Assembly: GCA_036172245.1 (NCBI GenBank)
Contig: JAYWIR010000038.1
Coordinates: 1,922,001 to 1,986,000 of the forward strand
DNA: 64,000 nucleotides
Direction of reading: 5' to 3'
Source of the DNA: Raillietiella orientalis
Taxonomy: Eukaryota
In this document: one piece after another, positions 1 to 13,030 of the stretch
Layout: each line of letters begins with the position of its first letter
Numbering within the stretch: the first letter of the stretch is position 1
Position numbers and translations under genes: made by a program
The notes under the pieces: model-generated
Database searches by the model: none
Told to the model about the DNA's origin: nothing
What the model saw: the letters and a program-made list of their open reading frames with translations, nothing else

Positions 1-825
1 CTCTTTAACACTGTTCCACGCCACCCGCGGAGGGTGCGTGTTCTTCAAGATAGGGGGGCACCTCGGAAGGGGGTCCGCCCTATGAATCCAGAAAGGCTCG
101 GAGTCCCTTATTCTCACGTTTGGGGAGGGGGGGATCGCACCTCCCATCCTGGTTGTCTCCGAAGGGGAACCCCGAAGGGAATCTCCTTCCTCATTCTCTC
201 CGGAGGGACACCCCCCTGATGGGGGGTGGTCCTCTCCATTTCAATTTCTCCGAAGGGAACCCGGAAAGGATCCGCTAGCAGGAATTTCTTCTCCGGAGGG
301 AACCCGCAAGAGAACCGCTCCTGTTTACCCCTCTGAAGAGAACCCCGAAGGGGCGCTTCTGAAACTCAGAAGGGGCTCTGCAGCTCCCCGCAGGGAATCG
401 CTCTCGCTTGCTTCCTTGCACTCTTCTGGAGAGCCGACGACTCGGAGGGTCCCCCTGCAACAGGGGGGTCCGCTCCTTTGAACAACTGGAGAGGTTCCTT
501 TGAGGGCTCCTGCTCCATCTTGAAACCGGAGGGATCCCCCCGGTGAGGGGGGTCCGCTCTCCGTTGCACGACCGGAGGGGGAACTCCCACTCCTTGATTC
601 CTGGAAGGACCCGAAGGTCGTCTCCCATTGTTCCGGCCTTCATCGGGGCCCTCCGGCTTAATCCACCGCCGGTGCCACTCCCGAATGATTAGCCAGCCAG
701 CGCTATCTTGCAGGAGAAACTCGGAACCCAAACGACGCAGTGGCGTCACAGTTTCTGCTGGAGTGTTCGAACCCGCATGAGCCACGCGCGGAGGAAGCCT
801 TAACCACAAAGCTTCTGACGCGGGC
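1..825 (-). mobile_element. tRNA-derived SINE, copy 1 (3' end outside the window)
   Basis: Minus-strand head GCCCGCGTCAGAAGCTTTGTGGTTAAGGC...GGGTTCGAAC (A-box- and B-box-like), followed by a non-tRNA body; near-identical to 47270-48060. Confidence 0.8.
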
Positions 826-829
826 AAGT

Positions 830-3800
830 CTTTGAACAAGTCTTTGCCATTCTTGCCGAAGCGTGATGCTATCGAGAAGACGCTGAGAAGTGCTCACGGC
901 TCTCTGTTATGATGACCCGAGACGAAACGCAGAATCGGAGCGAAAACACAGAGGCAGACTTCAACCGAGCACCGGCTGCCGAAAATCTGTCTACCTGCTC
1001 ATCGGCAACGGTCCGGACGGTTTCAGCGTTTCTACCTCGACCGTGTCTCTCGTGTCATACCGCTGTTTCAAAGTTTTCAGGTCACAGAAAGTTTGCGGAA
1101 CCCTTTTTGGATACTGACCTTTGCCCTGGTAACCCAAGCCAGAACGAAGGGGATTCCTCTTGATTCCAGCAGCGAACCTCGAGGGACTCCCAGAAAACTC
1201 AGAAGAACCTGAAAGAACAATTCTTCAACCAAAAAAAAAAGGAGAGAGGGAGGGAGAGAGAGAGAGAACGCACGTCTTGCGTCCCGGAGATTTGTTTCAA
1301 CAGCCCCTGCAAGAGGCTCCCCAATTTCTTGAGATCCAAACACACAGTAAGCAGACCAAGAAAACAGCCTAAAACTCGCGATACACTTGATCTCACTGAA
1401 GCTGCCCCTAAATCCTGGCTTCGTAGAGAGGGAAGCAAAAAGAATGCCGCGAACGCTGACAGTTCCTGGATTTCCCTCCCCCCTGCTCTGGCGGGAAAAA
1501 AAAAAAGGGATCATTCGTTAGTTCCTGAGCTGTGGAGAATCAAATCGCTAGCAGCATGACACACCCACTTTCAAGACACCCTCATTACCCGTTTCCTAAC
1601 GTGCTCCGTTGCTAGGAGATAATCAGTTGCTGCTTAATCTAAGAAATTCCCTGGTGCGCATTCGACTCAACTTTTTCTCAGGAAAAGGGTATCAGGAACA
1701 AAGAGACGTCGTTGCAACGTATTTCGCTATGTATCAAAGCGTTCCGTGTCAAAGTTCATTGCTTCAGTTATATCTCACGTCTTCCTCTGTGAGCCTTCCT
1801 GAGACAGCCCCACCGATAGCTGACGTCTCCTTCGAGCAGCCACGTTTGCGTTCTCTCTGTTCGTGACTTTCGGGATGACAGCGTGATCGATACTCTGCGA
1901 CGAAGCAGTTGTGTTTGGTAGTGAGGGAAACCCAGGCTCTGGGAACTCATTCCAGGAAGTGGGCAACGTAATGGCATGCTTCTCTCTCGCTACCATGCGC
2001 TGCGCGTGAGTGGCAGGGCCGGTTGGGGCTCTGTGCTTTTGGAAGGTCCAGGCAGGTCGCACTTGCCCCTTCAGGGCGAATCGATGCTTTCCCCACTGCA
2101 GGGGGTGCACAGCCAGTTCGCCACGTGATTTCGCTTGCTACCGCACACTGCAGTGTAGCACTGCCTCGGTCAGGTCGGGTCAGTTGGCTTTCGGTCCGCG
2201 TGCGTTCGCATTCGAAGGGAAAGTTCACAGAGTGCACCGTCATCGATCGAAGGTCTCCGCAAAAGTGAAAATCCGGGCTGTCGCTAGAAAAAAAAAAAAA
2301 CAGAAACAAAACAAAAACAAAAAAACAAAATGGAAGCCGCTAATCGCAGAAGTGTGAGTCCCGCACCTTTAATGAAAAGGGACAGTCTGTGCGGGCAGCA
2401 CAGCGGTGCTTCCTTCGAGGGCGCCACCACTGAAACACTCGAACAACTGTCAAGTTGACTTTGGGGAAGGGGGGAGGGGAGGGGAGGAATCCAGCAGATT
2501 CACGGCAGATCATCTGCAAAAGTCTTTTGGTTGACCCGAAGGGTCCTTCGAAAAAAACACAGGGAAAGAAGGTGTCGTCCCTCAAGAAAAGACCCTGGAA
2601 CTTGATCTGTCCCTTCTGGAAGACGAAGCTGCATCCAGTGAGATCGCGAACAAATATGAAGGAGGACAAGCAGCAACCCTTTTTGAGTTCTCGTCGAAAG
2701 CTTCAGAGCGTGTTTCTCCCTTGAAGGACTGTTCCCTTGGAGCCTGGAGCCGGACCCTTATCTGACTTCAACGAGAGGCCGCTACCACCCTATAATGTGT
2801 TCATGTGTCAGAGGTCACCTGGAGAGCTCATGAGCGTACGAACGCCGATGCCATTGTTGTGGAGCATTGGGAGAGAGCGGTACCAATCTGCGACCAAGTT
2901 AGCGGGAGAAGAGTCCCACTGCTTCGAAGCCATCGATACCATCGAAGACTCCGCGAATCTGAGAACCATTCAAGTTCTCAGAACCTCCAGGGGATTCTCC
3001 GTCCTCACGGCGGCAGCACCCTTCTTCCCGCCGCATCTTCTGCGCCTTGACGCCGCAGAGGATGCGGTTGCCAAGGTGCTGCTGCGTGCACGCTAATGGA
3101 CGTAATGCCTCTCGGAAAGCGTAGCGTGCGACGTATCTGATCTGTTCGGGTTGATCGTTGTGAGGCCGGAGGGCACGAGATGCATGGCATCTTGCGGGCT
3201 GCGTTGGGTAGCCGCATGTACGTACGAATGCGTGGTGAAATACAGTCGTATCGGAGTGCAATAGAGGGCGTTTCAAGGTCCAGGCAGCTTGGGATGCATC
3301 GCTCGACATCGGTGGAGCACGTTCCTGCGTCCGACACATCTGACGGCCACGTGCCGCCTCTCATCCGCAGTTTCGGTCCAAACCACCGCGCAACTGCATT
3401 CCGAGAACGGACAGGAACCCATTCTTTCGGTGGGCTGCACGCGGAGGACCCGAAAGTGGGGAAGGAGGGTATCGACAGCCTGGATGAGGCGGAAGAGGAG
3501 GATGCGGGAAAGCGCGCGCTTGCGTCCCTGCGCTGGCGGCGTAAGCGGGGCTGTTCGTGCAGAGGCTCGCGGATTCGCGTTCCACGGTTCAGTTTCCTAG
3601 CAGCCCTTTTTAATTCCGGTGATTACATGCTCCTCGTTTGATGACACACAGGATAAACGGGAGGCTGGGATTCTTTGAGGGATAGACATTTCGAGATGAT
3701 GGATCCGCGCTGCGCTTCCAGGGCAGAATCTCAAGTTCGAAGGAGACAACTTTCCGGTCTTTAAGAGGGAAAACCTGAGGGGCTGCATCTCTCTCCGCGA

Positions 3801-3830
3801 TGTCGGAAGGCGCGAAACTCCCGAGGCGGA
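830..3830 (-). pseudogene. VPS13: VPS13-like pseudogene copy A, N-terminal part (chorein_N onward), probably continuing past the left window edge
   Basis: Minus-strand remnants in the expected order: SFELEILPWK (~SQLKIGIW), PSLPFILCVIKRG (~LPFKVKAG), KNGFLSVLGMQL (~PFAFGVTL), QIRYVARYAFREAL (~WWKYAI). Very degenerate. Confidence 0.5.
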
Positions 3831-3889
3831 TTCGTGGAGAGCTGACGAGGGAGCGGAGAGGGTCTCTGGCATCACACATCCCGTTTTCC

Positions 3890-5007
3890 TCACTCTGCCC
3901 TCTGTTTTTTTGAGGGGGGGGGGGGGGGTTCGCCAAGTACTCAAGAACCGCTCGCCTGACGGCTCACGAAGCCTTTCAACACTGGTCCACGTCTCCCGAG
4001 GCGGGGACACGAACCTTTTCACGCGTGTAACTCTGGTCTAACTCTCCAGCTCTGGTGTAACGTCCGCGTGTCAACTCTTCAACTGACAAGGGGTAATCCG
4101 GGAGGGACCACCCTGGTCGATGTTGCTAGTAAGAAGATTATTGTTTATAATGTTATAGAAGGTAAATATTTTATAGCGTATTTTGTTGCGTGTTATTTAA
4201 GATGAATGATTTTTAGAGACGATTTTGTGTGAACTTAAATTTGAGTATTTTAGAATTTTTATGGAATAAAAATTTTCAATTTTACATTTATGGGTTGAGG
4301 AGATAGATATTATAATGATTACGATGGGTGTGAGGTTGATGAGAGGGTTACTACTAAGAGATCGGTTAGTGTGTGTGAATTCGGGAAGGCTCCGCAAGTA
4401 GGAGTCTGTTCTTCTCACGTTTGGGAGGGAACCCCGAAGGAAACCACCTCTTCCTTATTCTCTCCGGAGGGACTACCCGGAAGGTCGCTTCAGTATTTCT
4501 TCTCCGAAGAGAACCCGGAAAGGATGCACTCCTGAATTTCTTCTCCGGAAGGAAGCCGCAAGGGAACCACTCCTCATTTCTTCTTCCTTTGAAGAGAACC
4601 CCGAAGGGACGCTTCCAAGTTTTCTGCGAATGCTTGCTCCCGAAGGGAGCAGAGCTCAGACACTCTGGAGAGTTCACCAGCTCCATAGCACCAAATGGAG
4701 GGTCTCCCTCCCCAAACGGGGGAGGGTGAAAACGGCTCCTCTTCACAAGTGGAAGAGGAATCCCGAGGAGAACTGAATCCTTGATTTCTGGAAGGACTCC
4801 TGGAATTCCAATCCCGGTCACTCAACGGAGGCTTCCGCCAGTGCCGCGCCCAAACAGGCCCGCCAGCGTCATCTTGCGGAATAAACACGAACCCACGGCG
4901 CGCACCTTCCATTCTCGGCGTAGGTCCTCCTTCGGGTGGGATTCGAACCCGCAACGCTTGGTGCCCGCACGCGGGGAGACCATAGCCTCACAGCCGCCAA
5001 TGCGGGC
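3890..5007 (-). mobile_element. SINE copy 2, interrupted by a ~360-bp insertion (~4015-4378)
   Basis: GGGTGGGATTCGAACCCGC (reverse-complement B box) at ~4935; shared body; 3' motif CTTTCAACACTG..CACG at ~3975. Confidence 0.75.
4130..4378 (+). other. Possible decayed NUMT, ND5-like 5' region
   Basis: Abrupt AT-rich, G>>C skewed block; the invertebrate mitochondrial code gives YLSWMIF...FEYFS/FYGMKIFNFTFM/...IMMITMGVSLMSGLLL, resembling the ND5 N-terminus. Confidence 0.35.
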
Positions 5008-5029
5008 TGCAACACCGCCCTCTTGATGG

Positions 5030-8000
5030 ATGTGAAACACGGAAAGACAGAACCGTCTGCCACTGGTTCCACCTTCCTGCTAGCACGTGCCGCGGCGGCA
5101 ACGCCTCGGTCCGCGCACCATAAGTTTGTCCCGCAAAGAACGCTTCATCCGGATGCTCTGCCCAAGGAAGTGGCAACTTTGCGACCGACTGCCTCAAAGA
5201 GTATTCCCCTGCGCCTCACGAGGCAGCTTGTGTGCCTTTCTCGGCTCAACTCAGGCGATGCCAAAGGGCTCCGGACAAGAACAAGTACTCGTCCGGATGC
5301 GGTGAAAAGCACGAGCGCCCTTCTCCACTTTCGACCTCACCTGCACGGGGTAGGTCATCGACGACTCCGGGATGCTAAGGAATGCATCTTTCCAGGAGTG
5401 CAGTTCGAACCTGAGAAGCCGACCGACGAGCCTTCCGTTCCTGGCTGAAGTCGTTTTGGCAGGGGATCGTTTACCAGCGCAGGGGGTGTCCTTCGATCCC
5501 GGAGGGGACTCTCACGAGAGTGTTCTTTTAGGCAGAGGATATTCCAGGGGAAGAGACACTGGTCGTCCTCCTATTTTCTCAAGGACCCGTCTCACGGCCT
5601 CTGATCGGAATATTCCGGCCGGAAGTGACAACCCTGTGGGTCCTTTGGCCTATAGCCTCCTCTTTCCCCAAGGTTCCCCTGAGACTCCGCAGCGACAGTG
5701 GATTCGGGAGTGCCGTATCGCGCCGGGACTTTTTTTTTTTTTCCTGGCTCATTCCTGGAGCTTTTCCACAGGGGCAGAAAAAACTCCCGAAACTGCGCGC
5801 ACCCCTCTATCCCATCTCTGACTTGAGTTGCCGTCGGCGAAGCAGGGGTGCGACCCGCCCACCTCCTTCTTCCGCAATGTACCCCAGCCTCCTCTTGGAC
5901 TCCTCGTTTCTCCTACGGCAGTCGCGCGTGGGTGGCTTCCTCCCTGAAGCGGTCCGCCCCCCGCCTGCTTTGCTTAATCCGCAAGGGGGCGCGCATAGTT
6001 CTCGAGGGAGGTTCGCGTCCCCGGCTCTCAGGCAAGGGAAAGCTGACTCCGAGAGGGACACCGGGATCCCCGAGGAGCCATAGCTTTCGCGAAAGGTTGA
6101 GAAGGGTCTAGGGGAGCCCCAAGAAGGTCGTCCGCCCTTGACGCGACGCCACGGGGATGGAACGGCATCCACCTTGCACCGAGATCCCGGGGCGGTGCAG
6201 AGGGATCCGGCGAGTTAAGACCTGGGAGAGGGGTCCAAGTCCTTCCGGACCAGAGATCACGCTCCTGCTGACTGCCTGCCCCTCACGCTAATGTCCGGAA
6301 CCTCAAAGCCAATGGGAACGCGAGTTCCTGCATGGCGCTCTTCAAGATCCCGCGCCGCAGAGATGCAACTCGGCGGTCCGAGCGCTCCCTGCTTCTGGGA
6401 ACCAGGAGAGAGGCTTCTCTCTCTCCCCCGTCAGGTCAAGCCAACATCTTTTAGGGGAGGGACTCCCCTTCCTGAACCTCCTATCTAGGTAGAGCCGAAG
6501 TCTACATAAACCTGTGGAGTCAGGGTCACCTGACTCGTGCACGGGGGGGGCACACGCCTCCAGACCAGTCGTGCGCACGCGAGGGAGGGACTCCGGACAG
6601 TGGAGATTCCCTGGATCGCGAGGGCCGCAGCAATGTAGCCCTGGGAGCGTCCTCACTTCCCCCTCGCACGCGCTGGTCCAAAAAGGAGAAGAAATAGAGA
6701 GGGTGGGTGGGAATTCTTCCTGGGTCTCCTGATCGGGTCCGGGAAACGCTGAACTCCCGAGGTTTCTGGAAATCCAGGAAATCTCGGGAAAGTTGGGACT
6801 CCCGCGGGCCGGAGGCTTCGTAGCCGTCTCCCTTTCACGCCTCGGGGAAGAAACCCGAGCGCCCCCCGAGGGCGCTGCGTGCAAGGCTGCAGGGACAGTC
6901 CCTCCCTCCCTCGCTTCCGGAAGCCTCTCCGTTCCGTCCCCGGCACCGGGAAGTTGCTCGCCGAAGAGCGCCCTCTCCGAGGCGGCGGCGGCTACAGAAC
7001 ACGGGCGCCCGCGAGGGCCGGCTGCGCTTCTCCCCGCCGAGGGGGATCGGAAGGTACTACGGAAGCGCCTCCTCTTCAGGAAGGAGGTGCTCTTCCGTCC
7101 GACCATCCCTCTCGATGTCGAAACTTCGGTCTCCCGAGCCCGCCCTTCCGGGAAAGATTCGGGTCTACCCCGGATCGGGAAGAATTTCGAAAATCGGATT
7201 TTCGGGAAGCTGGAGATCGGTTTCGCTCCCGGGTGGGTCTGCAATCCAGGGAACCCCTATCTTCGTCGCCCCTTCCCTCCTCTTCCCAACCGATCTCGCT
7301 GGATGTCTTCGACGGCAGCGGGCAACCGTCGGGTCGCTCCCTACTCCCCTTTCTTCCCCCCACGGAGGGAAACTCCCCTGGACCTGATCGTCCCACCTCG
7401 GGAACATTCTGTGGGGGCCTCCACCGCGAGGGGAGGGACCACCTTCCCTCTGTCCCATCCCTGTCGCTCCAGGCTCCGGGGAATAGGCCGGGTATTTCCC
7501 TGTAAGATCGGCGTCGCCTCTTGGGCCCAAGGAAGGAAGGAGAGGGGAGGTTCCGTTCACGGCTGTGCGGGCCCGCCGTTCTAAGGTGTGGAGGGGGACC
7601 CTCTCGTTCGGGTTCCGGGAGCTCTCTTAGAGGTGCGAAGGAGCGACGCGTCCTCTGAGGGTTCTCCGAGTAGGTCGAACGCATGGCCTGGAGCGGTCCG
7701 CGGCCACTTCAGGAGGTCGTTTGTCCTCTTTTCGTAACGATGAGGGCGGACCGGAAGCCTTGCCCTCTGTCCCTGCGGTGGGGTCTCTCGCGCCTCGGAG
7801 TTCCCCTCGGGAAATCCCGGAGAGCCAGAGAAGGTCAGATCCTCAGATCCTCGTTCTCTAGAGCGCTAGGTCGCATCCGCGTGAGCTCCCGCGATCCGGC
7901 CCTCCCTGAGACCTCCGTGTCACCTCTCCTCCTCCTCCTCCCCCGCTCTTTGGAGCTTGGGAAGGAGTCTCATGCGCAAAGGGCGGGGATGCGAGGGATG

Positions 8001-9200
8001 GAGGGAGGGAAGGGGAGGACGATTTCCTGGAGCGGCAGCGGTTGATGTTCCCTCTTTCCCCTTTTTGCTTTTTACCTCGAAAGTCCAGGATGCTCCCTCC
8101 GGGATAGCGGAGGAGGCGCCCGTCGTCGCGCGGCCTCTTGGCGACCATCGCGGAGGGACTCCGGGAGCACGCAACAGGTTCCGGGAGCACTGCGAACCGG
8201 CTACTGGACGCGGGCGGGCAACCGTTCCCGAAGGTGGAAAGTGAAAGGGGTACAGGTGCGGAAGGTACAGGGAAGTTCGCCTTCCTCGAGCGGGCTCTCA
8301 GGGGAGGGGAGGGAGGAGGAGAAGGAGGAACGGGTGGCCGGCGGGACGCGGGAATGCGCGGCTAAGCCAGTGAACCCAAGGTGGTCGGTCACCCCCCCGA
8401 GGCGATGGAGGAAAGGGGAAACCTGCGCCTTGATCCCTCCGACGTTGAGATACCGCCTCGGGCGCTGCCCAAAGGCCAAGGGGGAGGAGGAGGACTCGTC
8501 CGGGGTGCCTCGCAATCGTTTGCAGCTCCCAGGGGTCGTCCGGATCCTGCGCTCGTGCGCCACTTTCGGGTGGGGACGGTCGCACTCCCTCTCGTCATCG
8601 AGACGCGGAAAGAAATTGGGAAGAGGGGGAGGAGCCTCCGCCACTGAGGATCAGGGAAAAAAAGCGCCCTCCTCGGTCAGCTGAATTCTCTTTGGCCCGG
8701 GGCTTTGCGCCCATCGGTTTCCAGGAGGGGCACGTCCGCCGCTCCCTCCACCCACAGCCCCCATTCCAGTGCTCTGCTGAAATGAGCCACCCCCCAGGTT
8801 GGGCTCCCGTTCTCCCCATGTTCTCGGTTTCCGGGGAAAACCCGAGACCTCCTTGATCGACCTCGGGAGGCGTCCCGGCCAGGCAGGCGGGGAATCGGAC
8901 TGACCGCTTCCTTCCGCTTGCACCCTGAGAGATCCTCCTCACTTGGTTCGGAAGTTGCCCCCGGTTACCGGATCGTGCCGGGACACTCCTTGGACTACGC
9001 TTCCTGGCGCCGAGGCCGCTACCACTCAGGAAGCATCGCCTCTTCAGTGGGTTCCTCCGCAGCATCGGCCTGCTTCGGAGTCTGCAGAGGCAACTGCGTC
9101 GGCCTGAGGGAGCGGGAGGAGAGGAAGGGAGGGAAAGAGAGCGCTCGCCCTCACCGTGGCGCTCATCCGGGAAGTTTGTGAGTCCCAGAAGGAGGGTCGA
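5030..9200 (-). mobile_element. Decayed Tx1/L1-like non-LTR retrotransposon
   Basis: Ordered remnants: ORF1-like YLNVGGIKAQVS..HRLGGVTDHL (~8400); endonuclease-like GDAD/SDP (~7330-7520); SAFPGPDQETQEEF (~KSPGPDG..EF, ~6730); RGSRCPS (~RQGCPLS, ~6060); EYLFLS (zf-RVT-like, ~5280). Confidence 0.5.
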
Positions 9201-10589
9201 AACGTAACCGACACAGGAAGAAGAAGGAAGAAGGCATGGAGGAAGGCGACAGCAGCACGAGATACGTGTTGACCACTTCTTGCTGCTGCTCCTGTTGTTT
9301 CTTGCTGCGATCCGCGGCTGGGACTGCCACCGAGAGTGCCTCGTCCAGTGTCCCTCAAACGCTCAGGAGCCCCTTCTTGGATTGATGGTGGCGAAGAGCA
9401 GCAGACCGGCGTCAAAAACTCGATAGGGGTGGGGTGGAGAGAAGAAGTGAAAATAAGAGAAAAAAAATTTGGTTTTTTTTTGCGAAGGAGGGGTCCCGCG
9501 GGAACCATCCGCCCGAAGCCCCCCCCCCCCCTTCACGAGGAAATTCCGAATTCCTCTTCGAGAGCACACGACCTCCGCGTAGAGATGGAGGGGGTTCTCA
9601 GAGAGCATTACTCCTTCCCGGGAGCTTCCCGACCCCTCCCTCACGGGAAGCTCCCGGCAGCCACGGAGCACTGCATCCCCTTCCGGATGACAGGGAGGCA
9701 CGCGCATGCACTCGCGTTTCCACGGCAAGCGGATCGCGGATGGGCCGCTGACGTGGCGATATCTGCCCGGAGGACTGTGAGCAGTGTGCCCAATCCAGGC
9801 CGGAGAGGGGAGGAGGGAGCCTTGCGCGCTCGCACAGCGTTCCCCTCCCGTGGTCTACTGACCGACTCGTCGCTGACGGACCGAGACCGAGGGGAAGTGC
9901 CTCAGGCAAGGGGGACTTCGAGACAGCGTAAGTTCTGGGGCCCGGAAAGCAGGGAAAGAAAGATAGAAGGGACCTCTACCGAGTGCGGCAACAGGAACAG
10001 GAACACGATGGGATCCACCGCATTCCAGGGAAGCCCGGGGAAAGCTTTCTTATTCCGGATTGCTGGCCCTTTTATTTGGGACCGAAAAGGTCCAAACCTC
10101 ACTGGTGACAGAACTAGGTAGGGAGTGAAGGTCAGGGAGGGTAGGGGGGGAGGGAACCGTGGGTAAAGAAACACAAGCGGAATGTTCCGCCCCCACGGCG
10201 AGGAAGGTGGTTTCTAAAGGACTGGATAGGGTAGGGAAAGGAGGGCTGAGCTGCAAGAGACTCCAGAACAGCCGTGCTGCAAGTGGGCTGCCCAAGTCGG
10301 GCCGCTACTTCCGCTGCGCGCCCTTCCACGCCGGATTTGCAACAGGCTCCTGCGCATGAGACGAATTTCCGGAAGAGATAGGACCTACACAGTGTTACCA
10401 GCTCTCCAGCGACCGGGAAAAACGGAGATCTCACTAATTTTCATGCCTGTGCTGACCACGGGCCTTGTTTGCTTGGTCCTATCTTCTCTTCATGCTATGT
10501 GCGGGGACAGCTGACCTTGTCTTATGAGGGCTGATTTGGAGGGTCTGTTGGTCGCCTGATTAACAGTCCAGGGAACTGGACTCCCTATC

Positions 10590-10685
10590 CACTTGTTAAG
10601 AGGAGCGACCTCTGTTCCTGCCGGGAAAGAACCGGTGCTCCCGCGGGCTGCCCATCCATGCTCTCTGCAGCGGGTCGAAATCACG
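10590..10685. repeat. Short dispersed repeat, inverted relative to 13775-13870
   Basis: CATCCATGCTCTCTGCAGCGGGTCGAAA is the reverse complement of TTTCGACCCGCTGCAGAGAGCATGGATG at ~13775. Confidence 0.8.
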
Positions 10686-11289
10686 GTCCTTTACGCTCGC
10701 TTTGTTTGGTTCGTTTCTCGTGACCTCGTGATGGCTGCAAGCGCCCTCCACACCCGGACCCCTCGCCATGCGCACCTGGGAGCAGGAAATCGTGCGAGTT
10801 CGCTTCTCTCCGACCCTCATGGTACGGCAGGGAGATCATCAAGCCCCACGAGAGGGCTCCATCGCTCGGCGGCACCGACTGCTGGCCTTGGCGGCGGCAC
10901 TTTCAGCAGCGGGCAGCATCCGAAGGCAGAGCCAGAGAATGAGTTTCGAGACAAACAGAAAATCCCGAGGGTGTTTGGACCCCGGACGGCCTCAAGGGCA
11001 ACGCAGTGGACGATTGTCAAGGGTCAACCAGAAGTCGCTCAGTTTCGACCATCCGATGAGGCGAAAATCTCGGAGCAGCCGAGATCAGAAGTCCAGTGGC
11101 AGCTGAGGTGAGCTGGGGTGAGCTGGGGTGAGCAGACCGGGCTGTTCGACCAAATTGGTCAGATGACCCACCCACCTGCGATTCCAGTTTGCGTTCGTTT
11201 GTTTTCCTGAAATGAACCCTTGTGGTAATGGGCGCGCAAGTGGCTCCAGTCGCGTCGGCAGTCGGGCGGTCAGCGCCTCAGTATATTTC

Positions 11290-11550
11290 TGCGATAATAA
11301 TGATAATAGCAATAATAACAACAATAATAAGGATGATGACAACGATGATGATGACAACGACGACGAAGACGATGAAGTTGATGTTGTTGTTGATGATGAT
11401 GACGATGTTCTTGATGATGTTAATGTAGTAGCAGCAGCAGCAGTTGTTGATGATGATGAAGACCACGACGATGAGGACGATGTTGTTGATGTCGATGTAT
11501 TATTATTATTAGTTGCTGTTGTTATTGATGTTGTTGATGATGATGATGGA
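11290..11550. repeat. Compound trinucleotide microsatellite (AAT/GAT/GAC/GTT)
   Basis: gataataatgataat...gatgatgacaacgatgatgat...gttgttgatgatgat visible directly. Confidence 0.9.
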
Positions 11551-12525
11551 GCCGCCGACGTCTATGCCGATGAACAAGGGATCGAGGTCCTATTCTTCCA
11601 ATCCACACATCCCATGCGGCGTCGGTCGAGTGAGAGGTAGCCTCTTCGAGTCCATTGCTTCTGGGTCCGGCCTTCCTCCCGGAAGCCCTGTGCTCTACTT
11701 CTGTCGGCACTCTGTCATCTGGAAAGATGTCTCCTCCTCCTCGCTACGAACTGCAAGCTGAAGATGCATTTCCCGGAGCGGCGAGCTCCCCATTTTGCGG
11801 GGGGATCGGACCTCCACCCCGCGCACCCCTTGAGGGCGCGGAAGCGAGGCAGCTCTTTGGCAGCAACGTACGCGAAGCTGCTGCAGACCGCCGCCCGCTC
11901 ACGCGGCCCTCTGGTTGATCAACCCCTCCAAACTTCTTCGGGCCACCTCGCGCGAATCGCCAGAGGCGACTCGAGTTGCTGCTCGCGAGCGCAAGCAAAA
12001 ACGCAGTCTGCAGCCTGCCGAAGAAGCCCCGGTCTCAGAGGGAACTTCGCATCTAGATGAAGTGCTCCTTCTCCGTCAATCCCAGTCCCCCTACCCCGCG
12101 CGTCTTCCCGGTCTCCATGGCATGACCGCTGGAGATCGGATCCCGGCATTTCGTATTCCGAGCGCGATCTCGTCGGGAGCACCGCTATGAATCTTCTTCT
12201 CATCAGGATGTCCTGCATCCGGCTTACGAGATCTGGGGGGACCATATTTCGCAGTTAACTGCGTTTGCATTCTCCGGTATTTGAGAATGAAAATTTGCGC
12301 CCATTCCTCAAAGTGAGAAGAACGCTACTCTGCGACACGGGAAAATCAGCATCGTGGAATAGTCATCGCCATCAACATATGTGTGTGGCACTGCTGCTTT
12401 ACGTCACTGGGTAACCCGGAGCAGAGTAACAGCTCATCGTCTGCGAGGTTCGCAAATCGCGCTTCCCTGGAACGCATCTGTAAGTTACGCGACCTATAAA
12501 GTCTCGCAATATGTGTACAGTACAG

Positions 12526-13030
12526 ACCGCGTGGCTGCGGCCTCCTCCGCGCGTGGCACCAAGCGTTGCGGGTTCGAATCCCACCCGAGGAAGGATCGAC
12601 CCCCCGAGAAATGGGTGCCATCTGGGTTTCGAGTTCCTCCTTAAGGATGACATTGGTTAGCCTCTATTCGGGTGCGGCACTGGTGGAAGTCGGAAACCTC
12701 GCTGACCAGCAGGGATCGGAAGTTGACCCTCCGGGATCCTTCCAAGAATCAAGGAGTTCTTCGGGTTCTCCTCTGGTTGTGCAAACGGAGTTGTCTCCTC
12801 CTCCCTCCCCCTTCGGTACGACCCTCCATTTGGAACCATGGAGCTGGTGGATCGATTACCCCTCTAGAGTGTGAAGAAGCTCCCTGCTCCCTTCGGGGAG
12901 CGCCCTTCAGGGAAATTGGGGAGCATCCCTTGGGGGTTCCCTCTCAATAGTAAGAGGAAAAGACTTCTTCGTCCGGAGTCCTTCCTGAATCCATAGGGTG
13001 GTTTCTCCCGGGGTGCCCCCTAATGCAGGG
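12526..13030 (+). mobile_element. SINE copy 3, inserted in VPS13 copy B
   Basis: GCGTTGCGGGTTCGAATCCCACCC head and family body including TGCTCCC-TTCG-GGGAGC. Confidence 0.75.

Noticed and set aside
155..350. CRISPR-like repeat array
   Set aside because: Degenerate tandem units with no unique spacers, inside a eukaryotic SINE, and no cas genes.
4015..4378. Penelope GIY-YIG or hammerhead interpretation of the insert
   Set aside because: No GIY-YIG motif and a non-canonical ribozyme core; strand skew fits mitochondrial DNA better, though that is also uncertain.
6342..10121. Long ORFs of 200-300 aa in GC-rich DNA
   Set aside because: Arg/Pro/Gly/Ser-rich chance ORFs over decayed LINE sequence, with no intact domain.
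11212..11640. Asp/Val/Asn-rich 142-aa ORF
   Set aside because: Translation of a trinucleotide microsatellite.
10720..12245. GC-rich, possibly coding-derived segment around the microsatellite
   Set aside because: No recognisable family or motif; left unannotated.
12526..12590. tRNA gene (GGTTCGAATCCC)
   Set aside because: No cloverleaf, and it is always joined to the same long body, so it is a SINE head.
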